DNA of 64,000 nucleotides from contig JAZUKI010000006.1 in NCBI GenBank assembly GCA_045643205.1, positions 39,595 through 103,594 on the forward strand, read 5' to 3'. Positions 9,995-20,118 of the stretch are shown here, piece by piece; the first letter of the stretch is position 1, and the number at the start of each line of letters is the position of its first letter. The position numbers and the translations under genes were made by a program. This stretch comes from Clostridia bacterium (GTDB lineage: Bacteria; Bacillota; Clostridia; TANB77; CAG-508). The notes under the pieces are model-generated. The model was given only the letters and a program-made list of their open reading frames with translations, made no database searches and was not told where the DNA came from.

Positions 9995-10046
9995 AAATAC
10001 CCTATTTGATGCATTTGAGATTATCTCAAACTTCAAATAGGGTTTT
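9995..10046. terminator. Probable bidirectional terminator between the tRNAs and a convergent gene
   Basis: accctatttga...tttgaga / tctcaaa...tcaaatagggt long hairpin with A/T runs. Confidence 0.65.
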
Positions 10047-10131
10047 ATTTATTTCTTTATTACTACTTTTATTATATTTTGTTTTTATCAATTATCTATT
10101 ATAAATTATTTATTATTTAAATAATGAACTA

Positions 10132-11070
10132 TTAAATATATTTAGCAAATATTGATTCTAATCCTGCTTCAACATTAAACATGAATTTAACTTGTTGCTC
10201 TCCATTTTTATCTACTATATATCCAGTAGCTCCTCCTGATGTAACTTTAATTTTTATTCCATTACTTAATTCAACTGTGTATGTAATTTTTTCATTTGAA
10301 AGATCAACAACTGTACCATTTAGTTTTACAAAACTAGCTAAAGTACAAATTGTTCTTAGTTCATTTGCATCTACAGTAGTTACAGATCCTTTATTATTAG
10401 TAATGACAGCTGATTTAACTTCTTCTGCATTAATTGCACTTACTTTCTTTTGTGCTTCTGCATTAACGATTTCTCCAACTTTTTTTAATAGCTCATCTGA
10501 TAAAACTACAGCCATGTTCTTATCATCATGATTATATAATGCATTCTTATCTGAAAAATTAATTTTTTTATTTCCATTAATTACAATTTGTGTGTTGTAA
10601 TATGATGCACTATTTTCATCCATTGCTTTTTCATTTTTATCTAATTGATTACTTTCAATCAAATTTGCTAAAGAACTTAAATTTTCATCCTTGCAATCAA
10701 TCTCTAAAACTTCAATAAATTTCATTTGATCTGCAAGTGAAACATCATATCCATATGCATATCTTATTTTTATAGATTTAATTATTGCCTCATTTGCTTT
10801 GTTAGTTAATACTCCTGGTATAGAATTAACTAATTCTTGTAATTGTTGACTTGGTGTTGCATTTGGATCAACAATAGTATTATCTTCACTTGTATTTGTT
10901 TCATTTATTGTATTTTCTTCAATAGTATTTATACTATTTCCATTATTTTCATTTTCTTTATTGCTATTTTCTTTCATTAAATTAACTGCTATTGCTACTC
11001 CAATAATCCCTGCTATAACTACTATTATTAAAATAGTTATTATCACAATATCTGTTTTCTTTAACTTCAT
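10132..11070 (-). CDS. Hypothetical membrane-anchored protein (N-terminal TM, N/E-rich linker)
   Basis: 312-aa ORF with hydrophobic residues about 8-31, directly downstream of clpC. Confidence 0.8.
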   Translation of the reverse strand: MKLKKTDIVIITILIIVVIAGIIGVAIAVNLMKENSNKENENNGNSINTIEENTINETNTSEDNTIVDPNATPSQQLQELVNSIPGVLTNKANEAIIKSIKIRYAYGYDVSLADQMKFIEVLEIDCKDENLSSLANLIESNQLDKNEKAMDENSASYYNTQIVINGNKKINFSDKNALYNHDDKNMAVVLSDELLKKVGEIVNAEAQKKVSAINAEEVKSAVITNNKGSVTTVDANELRTICTLASFVKLNGTVVDLSNEKITYTVELSNGIKIKVTSGGATGYIVDKNGEQQVKFMFNVEAGLESIFAKYI

Positions 11071-11168
11071 TTTATTTTATCCTTTACTATTTATTTTCAT
11101 TCTATTTTGCCTTAATTTATTTTGCTTTTACTATTTTCTTTGTTCACTTCTTTTTTCAAATTTAATAT

Positions 11169-13634
11169 TTATTTTCCGTTTACTTCTATCTTGCCATCTT
11201 TTTCCGTAACATTAGCTTTATCAGTTACTTTTCCATCAAGTATTGCCTCTGCAATGCTATCCTCAATCATTGATTGTACTGCTCTTCTTAATGGTCTTGC
11301 ACCATAAGCTTCATTAGTTCCTTCTTTTATTACTAAATCTTTAGCCTTATCATCAATTACTAATTTGATATTTTGTTTTTCCATCAACTTGCAAACTTTT
11401 TCAATCATCAAATCAAGTATTAATCTAATTTTTTCGCTATTTAATTTTTGGAAAACAATTATATCATCAATACGATTTAAGAATTCTGGTTTAAATTCTT
11501 TCTTAACTTCATCCATTACATTCTTCTTTGTTTCTTCGTATTCTTTTTTAGTATCAACTTTATTATCTCCAAAACCAAGTTTTCTAGTTTCTGTAATTTG
11601 TCTAGCACCAGCGTTTGAAGTCATAATAATTATAGTATTTTTAAAATTAACCATTCTACCTTGTGAATCAGTTAATCTACCATCATCTAAAACTTGTAAT
11701 AATAAATTCATTACATCTGGATGTGCTTTTTCAACTTCATCAAATAAAACAACAGAATATGGTTGACGTCTAACTTTTTCAGTTAGTTGTCCAGCCTCAT
11801 CATATCCAACATATCCTGGAGGTGCACCAATTAATTTTGCTGTACTAAATGATTCCATATACTCAGACATATCAATTCTAATCATTGCATCTTCAGTTCC
11901 AAATAAGCTTTCTGCTAGCGCCTTTGAAAGCTCTGTTTTTCCAACACCTGTAGGACCTAAGAATAAGAATGATCCAATTGGTTTGTTAGGATCTTTTAAT
12001 CCTAATCTACTTCTCTTAATGGCTTTAGCAATTGCTGTAACAGCTTCATCCTGTCCAACAACTCTCTTATGTAAATTATCTTCTAATTTTCTTAGTTTTT
12101 CTTCTTCATCTTCAGATACTTTAGAAACAGGAATTCCTGTCCAAGCTGCAACTACCTCCGCTATATTATCATAACCTAAAGATAGTATTTCTTTGCTTCT
12201 TTCATTTTTCCAATTTTCTTTTAACTCTGCTAAAACTTTTTTCTTACCATTAACTTCGTCTCTAATCTTTGCTGCTTTTTCAAATTCTTGAGCTCTTATT
12301 GCTTCTTCTTTTTCTCTATCTAATTTTTCAATTTCATCTTCATTTTCTTTAAAAGATTCTGGTTCTGTATAGCCACTCATTTTTAATCTTGCAGCAGCTT
12401 CATCCATAAGGTCAATTGCTTTATCTGGTAAAAATCTGTCATTAATATATCTAGATGACAACTCTACACAAGCTTTAATTGCCTCCTCTGTTATTTTAAC
12501 ATTATGATGAGCTTCATATTTATCTCTTAAACCATAAAGTATTTGAAGAGTTTCTTCTTCAGTTGGTTCTTGTACCATAACTTGAGAAAATCTTCTTTCT
12601 AATGCTGCATCTTTTTCAATAAACTTTCTGTATTCCTTTAAAGTTGTTGCACCAATTAATTGAATCTCTCCTCTTGCTAATAATGGTTTTAAAATATTAG
12701 CTGCATCAACTGCACCTTCTGCTCCACCAGCTCCAACAATAGTATGAATTTCATCAATGAAAAGAATTACATCTCCTGCTTTTTGGACTTCTTTAAGCAT
12801 CTTCTTTATTCTTTCTTCGAAATCACCTCTATATTTAGAACCAGCAACCATGCTAGCCATATCAACACCAACAAGTCTTTTATCCTTTAATGTATTAGGA
12901 ATATCACCTGAAACAATTTTTTCTGCTAATCCTTCAATAACTGCAGTCTTACCAACGCCAGGTTCTCCTAATAAACAAGGATTATTCTTTGTACGTCTTG
13001 ATAAAATTTCAACAACTCTTTGGATTTCAGTTTTTCTTCCAATAACAGGATCAAGTTTTCCTTCTGAAGCTTTTTTAGTTAAATCTGTTCCAAATTGATT
13101 TAATGTAGGAGTTGAATTAAAACTTCCATTTGAATTGCTATTTCTTTCATTCTTCTCATCATTTGAATTATCATCATCTTTAGGCTCATCTTCTATTTCT
13201 TCATTTACAACTTTTATAAGTTCTGTATAAATCTTTTGAGGATTACCATTCAAATTCAAAATAATTCTATTAGCAATACTATCTCCTGCTTTCAATATTC
13301 CTAATAATAAATGTTCGGTACCTATGTATCTACTTCCCATACTTCTAGAATCAAGATATGCGTTATCTAAAACTCTTTTTGTTCTTGGAGTTGGAGATAT
13401 TATATCTTGGTTTTCTATTGGTGAACCTTGTGAATCAATTTCAATTATTTCTTGTTTAATTGCTTCTGCTTCAAGACCTTGCTCTAATAAAATTTTTGAA
13501 GCAACGCCTGTTCCTTCATTTGCTAATCCAAATAAAAGATGCTCTGTTCCTAAAAAATTATGACCTAAATTCATAGCTAAGTCAGCTGCCATTTGAACCG
13601 CTTCAGTTGCCTTTTCTGTAAATTTGTAATTCAT
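11169..13634 (-). CDS. clpC: ATP-dependent Clp protease ATPase ClpC
   Basis: Clp-N repeats (GTEH twice), Walker A motifs GEPGVGKT and [11 protein letters not shown] coiled coil, LGF loop; ctsR operon context. Confidence 0.97.
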   Translation of the reverse strand: MNYKFTEKATEAVQMAADLAMNLGHNFLGTEHLLFGLANEGTGVASKILLEQGLEAEAIKQEIIEIDSQGSPIENQDIISPTPRTKRVLDNAYLDSRSMGSRYIGTEHLLLGILKAGDSIANRIILNLNGNPQKIYTELIKVVNEEIEDEPKDDDNSNDEKNERNSNSNGSFNSTPTLNQFGTDLTKKASEGKLDPVIGRKTEIQRVVEILSRRTKNNPCLLGEPGVGKTAVIEGLAEKIVSGDIPNTLKDKRLVGVDMASMVAGSKYRGDFEERIKKMLKEVQKAGDVILFIDEIHTIVGAGGAEGAVDAANILKPLLARGEIQLIGATTLKEYRKFIEKDAALERRFSQVMVQEPTEEETLQILYGLRDKYEAHHNVKITEEAIKACVELSSRYINDRFLPDKAIDLMDEAAARLKMSGYTEPESFKENEDEIEKLDREKEEAIRAQEFEKAAKIRDEVNGKKKVLAELKENWKNERSKEILSLGYDNIAEVVAAWTGIPVSKVSEDEEEKLRKLEDNLHKRVVGQDEAVTAIAKAIKRSRLGLKDPNKPIGSFLFLGPTGVGKTELSKALAESLFGTEDAMIRIDMSEYMESFSTAKLIGAPPGYVGYDEAGQLTEKVRRQPYSVVLFDEVEKAHPDVMNLLLQVLDDGRLTDSQGRMVNFKNTIIIMTSNAGARQITETRKLGFGDNKVDTKKEYEETKKNVMDEVKKEFKPEFLNRIDDIIVFQKLNSEKIRLILDLMIEKVCKLMEKQNIKLVIDDKAKDLVIKEGTNEAYGARPLRRAVQSMIEDSIAEAILDGKVTDKANVTEKDGKIEVNGK

Positions 13635-13649
13635 GTTTTCTCCCTTCTT

Positions 13650-14666
13650 TTATTCGCTAATAATTTGCTTGATAACTTTTGCTCTTTCAGTTATTTGTTC
13701 TGTTTGTGTAAGTTTAGTACCTAATCTTTTTTGCAAACTATATGGTTTAACATATAGCATTAATTCTCTAATCTTTTTATCATCTAATTCTTGAATTATT
13801 CCTAAATCTGTTCCAAGTTTTACTGCTGATATTAAATTTAAAGATTCTTTATACTCTAATCTTCTAGCATATGTAAGAATTCCATAGCTTCTATAAAGTT
13901 TATCTTCAAAATCTAAATCTGTTTTAGCTAAATTTTTTCTAGCGCTTCTTTCTTGGTCAATAATTTTTTGAGTTATTATTTGTAAATTTGAAATGATATC
14001 TTGTTCTGTAATTCCAATAGTTTGGTTATTACTGATTTGATATAAATCACCTTCTGATCTTGTTCCTTCACCATATGCACCAACTATATTCATTCCAAAA
14101 GCATTAATAACATTTGTTGTTGATTTTATTTTTTTTGTTAAATTTAATCCAGGAAGATGTACTAAAACTGATGCTTTCATACCTGTTCCTAAATTAGTCA
14201 ATGTATTGTTTAAATATCCATATTGTTCATCATAACTGTATGGAACATACTCTTCAATTTTTTTATCTATTTCAATTGCAAGATTCATTAAGTTTACTAA
14301 ATCAAATCCAGAACATAACGTTTGAATTTTAATATGATTTTCTCCATTAATTTCTATGCAAATATTTTCTTCATCATTTATTAAAATTGCACTGCAAGGA
14401 TTTATGTTCGTAACGAACTCTTTATCAATTATTCTCTTTTCAAATAAAGACATTTTTGTATCTTCATCTAAAGATTTTACATCAATAAATTTTAATCCAT
14501 ATCCTATTGTGTATGATGCATCTTTCATTGCATCATATATTTTTTGTAAATCACTTTTTTTAGCTTTATGTGTAAAAGGAATTCCCTTCACATTTCTTGA
14601 GAGTCTAATTAGTGAACTAAAAACGACATCTGAATCATTGCCATTTTGTAAATACCAACTACCCAT
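13650..14666 (-). CDS. mcsB: McsB-family protein with a degenerate arginine-kinase active site
   Basis: IRLSRN, TNLGTG, YGEG, YQISN, YRSYGIL, LGTDLG; lies between mcsA and clpC; NEEDH reads NGENH and CPTN reads TLTN. Confidence 0.9.
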   Translation of the reverse strand: MGSWYLQNGNDSDVVFSSLIRLSRNVKGIPFTHKAKKSDLQKIYDAMKDASYTIGYGLKFIDVKSLDEDTKMSLFEKRIIDKEFVTNINPCSAILINDEENICIEINGENHIKIQTLCSGFDLVNLMNLAIEIDKKIEEYVPYSYDEQYGYLNNTLTNLGTGMKASVLVHLPGLNLTKKIKSTTNVINAFGMNIVGAYGEGTRSEGDLYQISNNQTIGITEQDIISNLQIITQKIIDQERSARKNLAKTDLDFEDKLYRSYGILTYARRLEYKESLNLISAVKLGTDLGIIQELDDKKIRELMLYVKPYSLQKRLGTKLTQTEQITERAKVIKQIISE

Positions 14667-14667
14667 A

Positions 14668-15246
14668 TTAATTCATCTCCTTTAACTCATCTCTTATTTT
14701 AGCTGCATCTTCATATCTCTCATCCCTAATTGCTTTTTCTAAATCGCTTTCAAGTCTTGCAATTTTTTCTTCTTTGCTTTCCTCCTTTTTAGGCTGAACT
14801 TTTGCATTTTCTTTTTTATCTTCTTTATTTTTAGAAACATTATCAACAATTAATTTTGCCTCTGTTCCTGGCTTTCTACCTATATGTGTTGATGTTCCAT
14901 GTAGTTTCTTTAATAAACTATCAACTGGAGCTTTAAATGTTTTATAACAATCTTCGCATCCAAAATAACCTTCACTTATAAAGTTTTCATAAGTTGTTCC
15001 GCATGTTTCACACTTTAATTGTTTTGTTCCTGAAACTTGTTTCAATCTATCTTTTTCAGAATAATCATTAAAGAAATCTCCTATAAAACTTCTAAAATTT
15101 AATAACGGATCTGTCATCTCTATCTGTTCTGTTAATCCTAATTTCATTGCACAATCACTACACAATGAAAACTCTTTTTTCTCTCCATTTGTTATTTGTG
15201 TATAATGAACATTTGCTTCGTTTTTTCCACAGTTTTGACACAACAT
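14668..15246 (-). CDS. mcsA: McsA (four CxxC motifs plus UVR domain)
   Basis: CQNC, CSDC, CETC, CEDC; C-terminal YEDAAKIRD. Confidence 0.95.
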   Translation of the reverse strand: MLCQNCGKNEANVHYTQITNGEKKEFSLCSDCAMKLGLTEQIEMTDPLLNFRSFIGDFFNDYSEKDRLKQVSGTKQLKCETCGTTYENFISEGYFGCEDCYKTFKAPVDSLLKKLHGTSTHIGRKPGTEAKLIVDNVSKNKEDKKENAKVQPKKEESKEEKIARLESDLEKAIRDERYEDAAKIRDELKEMN

Positions 15247-15369
15247 GTTTATTACCTCCTTTTACTAATCAAATTGTTCTTACTTAATTGCATTAATCAG
15301 TATTTAATTATTAGCTCGCACAAAATTATTATCTCTTATTAAAATTATTAGCTCGTACTAAAACAAAAT

Positions 15370-15825
15370 TTAATTATAGTTTTGTGCTAAAACTAATAAC
15401 ATATTTTTAAATATTGACGCTCTAACTTTATCTTTAACACCTGCTGAAAGTTTAAGAGCTTTATCATTAGTCGCACTTTTTATTAATCTAGCTTGTGAAT
15501 TATCAATAATTCCCTGACTTAAAAAATTATTAATAATTATTTCTTCTTCTTTTGCAGTTAAGGTTTCATCGATACTTTTAATTATGTGTAAAACATAGTC
15601 TCCTTTAGTCATTCTGGCTTTTTCAATTCTAATAAAACCTCCACCACCTCTTTGACTTTCTACGTAATATCCTTGAGTGGGTGTGAATCTTGTAGCAATA
15701 ACATAATTAATTTGAGAAGGAACACAATTAAAATGATTTGCTAAATCATTTCTTTGAATAATTGCTTCATTTTCTTCATCAAGCATCTCTTTAATAAATT
15801 CTTCAATTATATCCGATATTCTCAT
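15370..15825 (-). CDS. ctsR: Class III heat-shock repressor CtsR
   Basis: ISDIIEEFIK, CVPSQINYV, RGGGG loop. Confidence 0.96.
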   Translation of the reverse strand: MRISDIIEEFIKEMLDEENEAIIQRNDLANHFNCVPSQINYVIATRFTPTQGYYVESQRGGGGFIRIEKARMTKGDYVLHIIKSIDETLTAKEEEIIINNFLSQGIIDNSQARLIKSATNDKALKLSAGVKDKVRASIFKNMLLVLAQNYN

Positions 15826-15870
15826 CCACTCACCTCCTCTTTCCGTAGATTAAAAATCAAATTTACCATT

Positions 15871-15925
15871 TTTGACTTTGACTTTCTTTGACTTTTATTA
15901 TAATTTCATTTAATTTTTTTGTCAA
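15871..15925 (-). promoter_or_regulatory. SigA promoter of the ctsR operon with CtsR operator heptads
   Basis: Minus strand: TTGACA (15925-15920), 17 bp, TATAAT (15902-15897), then AGTCAAA-GAA-AGTCAAA-GTCAAA (15893-15871), matching the CtsR consensus. Confidence 0.9.
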
Positions 15926-16097
15926 TAAATTTTTAAAAAACATTTTTTAAAATTAGCATTATAAAAGTATTGTTTCCCTATGTTTTTATTTAAATACTGG
16001 CTTTTTAATTGAAAATTACTTGTTTTTCTCTATTGAAAAAACGCAATTTTATCTATATAATACGGGTATAAAATCTTTTATTGAAAGGAGAAAATTA

Positions 16098-16628
16098 ATG
16101 AATATTAACATTACAGAAAAAGATTTTGAATTAACCGATGCAATAAAGGGCTATATTACAGAAAAGGTTAGCAAGCTTCAAAAGAATTTAGGAGAAGATT
16201 TTGATGCAGTTGCTACATTAAAAATTGAAGGAAATCAACAAGTAGCAGAAATCAGAGTTACTGCAGAAGGAGCAATGTATAAAGCTGTTGCAGCTTCTAA
16301 AGATTTATATGCTTCTATTGATAAAGATATTGATATATTAGAAGGTCAAATCAGAAAACAAAAAACAAAAAATGATAAACAAAACATGACAGAATCAATT
16401 AGAGTTAAAGGTGAAAACCAACTTCAAGATGTTGAAGAAGAAAGTGAAATTATTAAAACAATTTTCTACAGCATTAAACCTCTAACTGAAGAAGATGCAA
16501 AATTAATTCTAGAATCTGATCCAAAGAATAAATTCTTACCATTTATTGATGCAGATACAAATAAAGTTTGTGTAATCTACAAATTAAAAGATGGAAAGAA
16601 CTTTGGTTTATTAGAGCCAGAAGCTTAA
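16098..16628 (+). CDS. hpf: Ribosome hibernation promoting factor (long HPF)
   Basis: MNINIT...LTDAIK...DLYASID...GQIRKQKTK plus C-terminal domain; start moved to ATG 16098 after AAAGGAG. Confidence 0.92.
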   Translation: MNINITEKDFELTDAIKGYITEKVSKLQKNLGEDFDAVATLKIEGNQQVAEIRVTAEGAMYKAVAASKDLYASIDKDIDILEGQIRKQKTKNDKQNMTESIRVKGENQLQDVEEESEIIKTIFYSIKPLTEEDAKLILESDPKNKFLPFIDADTNKVCVIYKLKDGKNFGLLEPEA

Positions 16629-16645
16629 TTGAATATTAAAATATC

Positions 16646-16744
16646 AAGGGAAGAATTTTTCTTCCCTTTTGTTATGCCTATTCTAAAGCTTAACAATTAA
16701 TAAAATGGGCAACAAAAAACCTCGTAATTAAATTACGAGGTTTT
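16646..16744. terminator. Two back-to-back terminators (hpf and rpsT)
   Basis: aagggaaga / tcttccctttt and aaaacctcgtaat / attacgaggtttt hairpins. Confidence 0.75.
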
Positions 16745-16753
16745 ATTTTTTAA

Positions 16754-17131
16754 TTATTCAGCTTTCTTTGTTGTCTTTTTTGCTGTTGTTTTTTTAGCTG
16801 TTGTTGTTTTCTTTGCTGCTGTTGTCTTTTTTGCAGCTGTTTTCTTAGCTGGTTTTTCTTCAGCAACTTTTGCTGAACCTTTAGCTAATTTAAGATCTAA
16901 TCTAGATTTTCTTCTTGCTGCTGTTTGTTTTGTAATGATTCCTTTTGTTGCTGCTTTATCTAAAGCTTTCTTTGCTGCTGCTAATAATTCATTTACATTT
17001 TCTGCACCAGCTTCATTAGCTTGTTCGAAACTTTTTATAGCTGTTTTGAATTGAGACTTAATAGCTGTGTTTTGAGCTGTCTTCTTTTCAATAATTTTAA
17101 CTCTCTTCTTTGCTGATTTAATGTTTGGCAT
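16754..17131 (-). CDS. rpsT: 30S ribosomal protein S20 with a Lys/Ala/Thr-rich C-terminal extension
   Basis: MPNIKSAKKRV...DKAATKGII...AARRKSRL; start ATG 17131 after GGAGGTG. Confidence 0.95.
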   Translation of the reverse strand: MPNIKSAKKRVKIIEKKTAQNTAIKSQFKTAIKSFEQANEAGAENVNELLAAAKKALDKAATKGIITKQTAARRKSRLDLKLAKGSAKVAEEKPAKKTAAKKTTAAKKTTTAKKTTAKKTTKKAE

Positions 17132-17182
17132 TTTTTGCACCTCCCTCTATTTTATGTTAATTCAACGTGATTTATTATAACA

Positions 17183-18622
17183 CTATTTCTTTAATTCTGT
17201 CAAGAATAATTCATTTAACATTTGTGGATTTGCTTTACCTTTTGTAGCTTTCATTGCTTGTCCAACTAAAAATCCTAATGCTTTATCCTTTCCAGCTTTA
17301 AAATCTGCAATTGATTGTGGGTTGTTTGCTAACACTTCTTCAACAACCTTCTTGATTTCTCCTTCATCACTGATTTGAACCCAACCATTCTTTTCAATTA
17401 TATTTTTTGGAGAATCAGGATTTTCAAATAATTCAGTTACAACTTGTTTTCCAATCTTACTTGAAATTGTTCCATTATCAATTAATGTAACAAGTTCGCC
17501 TAATTGTTCAGCTGTAAATGGAATTTGTTCTGGTTCTAATTCTTTTTCATTTAAAATTCTTGCAACATCTGAAGTTAACCAGTTGCATACTTGTTTATAA
17601 TTATTGCATGCTTTTCCAGCTTCTTCAAACATATTTGATAATGATTTTGATGCTGTTAATAAATTTGCATCATGCTCTGAAAGACCTAACTCTTCAATAT
17701 ATCTTCTCTTTCTGCTTTCCGGCATTTCAGGTAAATTATCTTGAATGTTTTTAATATATTCATCTGATAATCTAATTGCTACTAAATCTGGTTCTGGGAA
17801 ATATCTATAATCTTGAGCATCTTCCTTATCTCTCATAGGGAATGTTCTTCCAGCAATATCATCCCATCTCATTGTTTCTTGAACAATAGCAATTCCATTT
17901 TCATTATCATTAATTTGTGCATCCTCTTCATAATCAATTGCTCTTTGAATTGATTTGAATGAGTTCATGTTCTTCATTTCATGTCTAATTCCAAATGGTG
18001 TTCCTCTCTTATGAACTGAAACGTTAACGTCAGCTCTTAAAGATCCTTCCTCCATCTTACAATCAGAAACATCAATATATTGAAGAATTGCTTTTAATTT
18101 TTTTAAATATCTATCAGCTTCTCCTGATGAATTAATATCAGGTTCTGAAACTATTTCAATTAATGGAACTCCAGCTCTATTTAAATCAACTAATGATCCT
18201 CCAGAGAATTCATCATGATTTAATTTTCCTGCATCCTCTTCGATATGAATTCTTAAAATTCTAACCTTTTTTGGATTTCCTTCATCATCTTCAATTTCAA
18301 TATATCCATGATTACATAAAGGTTTATCAAATTGTGATATTTGATAAGACTTTGGTAAATCTGGATAAAAATAATTTTTTCTATCATTTTTGCTATCTTG
18401 TGAAATTTCACAATGTGTTGCAAGTCCTGCTTTAACAGCAAATTCTACAACTCTTTCATTTAACTTAGGAAGAGCTCCTGGCATTGCTGTACAAATTGGA
18501 CATACATGTGTATTTGGATCAGATCCAAATGTTGTAGGACAAGAACAAAATATCTTTGTCTTTGTTGAAAGTTCTGCGTGAACTTCAAGTCCTATGACTG
18601 TTTCATAATCACTATTTGCCAT
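17183..18622 (-). CDS. gatB: Asp/Glu-tRNA amidotransferase subunit B
   Basis: IGLEVHAEL, RKNYFYPDLPK, DYRYFPEPDL. Confidence 0.97.
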   Translation of the reverse strand: MANSDYETVIGLEVHAELSTKTKIFCSCPTTFGSDPNTHVCPICTAMPGALPKLNERVVEFAVKAGLATHCEISQDSKNDRKNYFYPDLPKSYQISQFDKPLCNHGYIEIEDDEGNPKKVRILRIHIEEDAGKLNHDEFSGGSLVDLNRAGVPLIEIVSEPDINSSGEADRYLKKLKAILQYIDVSDCKMEEGSLRADVNVSVHKRGTPFGIRHEMKNMNSFKSIQRAIDYEEDAQINDNENGIAIVQETMRWDDIAGRTFPMRDKEDAQDYRYFPEPDLVAIRLSDEYIKNIQDNLPEMPESRKRRYIEELGLSEHDANLLTASKSLSNMFEEAGKACNNYKQVCNWLTSDVARILNEKELEPEQIPFTAEQLGELVTLIDNGTISSKIGKQVVTELFENPDSPKNIIEKNGWVQISDEGEIKKVVEEVLANNPQSIADFKAGKDKALGFLVGQAMKATKGKANPQMLNELFLTELKK

Positions 18623-18637
18623 TTCTTTTCCTCCTAA

Positions 18638-20101
18638 TTATTTTTTAAACTCAGCTGCATATGTATCTCTGAATTTTGTTTTTTGTTCATATGCATAAGC
18701 TGCATTATATATTTTTTCTTCATTAAATCTGTCTGCAATAATTTGCATTCCAATTGGCATTCCATTTGAATCAACTCCACAAGGTAATGACATACCTGGA
18801 ACTGATGCAATGTTAATTGAAACTGTACAAATATCTGCTAAATACATTGCCATTGGATCATCAGTTTTTTCACCAATATTAAATGCTGTAGTTGGTGAAA
18901 CTGGTGTAATAAGTACATCATATTTTGCAAAGCATTTATCAAATTGCTCTTTAACATATGTTCTAACTTTTTGTGCTTTCTTATAATATGCATCATAATA
19001 TCCTGATGATAAAACATAAGTACCTAAAATAATTCTTCTCTTAACTTCAGGTCCGAAAGCTTCAGTTCTTGAATTTACATATAATTCTTTTAAGTTCTTA
19101 AAATTCTTTGCTCTATAACCATATCTGATTCCATCGAATCTTCCTAAGTTTGATGAAGCCTCTGCACAAGCAATAATGTAATATGTTGCTAAAGAATATT
19201 CAGCTACATCTAAATCACATTCTTCAACTTCTGCTCCCATTTCTTTATAAACTTCAATTGCTTCTTTAAGTTTTGCTTTAACCTCTTCATTAATTCCTTC
19301 GCCAAAAAATTGTCTTGGAACACCAATTTTCATTCCTTTAACATCAGTCTTTAATGCTTTAGTATAATCTTTCTTTTCAACATCATATGAAGTTGAATCT
19401 TTATCATCATGTCCTGCAATAATATTTAATAACATTGCATTATCTCTAACATCCTTAGTTATAGGTCCAATTTGATCAAGTGAAGATGCAAATGCAACTA
19501 AACCAAATCTTGAAACTAATCCATATGTTGGTTTTAATCCAACGACACCACATAATGATGATGGTTGTCTGATTGATCCACCAGTATCTGAACCTAATGC
19601 CCAAGGTACCATATCAGCTGCAACTGCTGCAGCACTACCGCCTGATGATCCACCAGGAACTTTGTTTAAATCCCATGGATTGTGAGTTACTTTAATTGCT
19701 GAGTTTTCTGTTGAACTTCCCATAGCAAATTCATCCATGTTAAGTTTTCCTAAACTTATAATTTTTTCATCATTTAATTTTTCTATAACTGTTGCGTTAT
19801 ATGGTGAAACATAATTTTCAAGCATCTTTGAAGAACATGTTGTTTTATCACCTAAAGTATTTAAGTTATCTTTAATTCCAATAGGAATACCTTCATAACT
19901 TCCTTCTGTTCTTCCTTCTTTATCAATCTCTTTTGCTTTTTCTAAAGCTTTGTCTGTTGTTAGTGTAACAAATGCACCAACATCTTTTTCTTTATCTTCT
20001 ATTCTCTTAGCATATGCACTAACAATTTCTTCTGAAGTTAATTCTTTTTTATCAAGCTTTTCAATTAATTCGTGCACAGTTAATCTTGTAATGTCTTCCA
20101 T
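18638..20101 (-). CDS. gatA: Asp/Glu-tRNA amidotransferase subunit A
   Basis: Amidase signature [11 protein letters not shown] and [11 protein letters not shown]. Confidence 0.97.
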   Translation of the reverse strand: MEDITRLTVHELIEKLDKKELTSEEIVSAYAKRIEDKEKDVGAFVTLTTDKALEKAKEIDKEGRTEGSYEGIPIGIKDNLNTLGDKTTCSSKMLENYVSPYNATVIEKLNDEKIISLGKLNMDEFAMGSSTENSAIKVTHNPWDLNKVPGGSSGGSAAAVAADMVPWALGSDTGGSIRQPSSLCGVVGLKPTYGLVSRFGLVAFASSLDQIGPITKDVRDNAMLLNIIAGHDDKDSTSYDVEKKDYTKALKTDVKGMKIGVPRQFFGEGINEEVKAKLKEAIEVYKEMGAEVEECDLDVAEYSLATYYIIACAEASSNLGRFDGIRYGYRAKNFKNLKELYVNSRTEAFGPEVKRRIILGTYVLSSGYYDAYYKKAQKVRTYVKEQFDKCFAKYDVLITPVSPTTAFNIGEKTDDPMAMYLADICTVSINIASVPGMSLPCGVDSNGMPIGMQIIADRFNEEKIYNAAYAYEQKTKFRDTYAAEFKK

Positions 20102-20118
20102 TTAATCTCCTCTCTATG

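Noticed and set aside
9701-10104. ORFs 9701..9907 and 9916..10104
   Set aside because: They overlap the tRNA-Gly and tRNA-Cys genes
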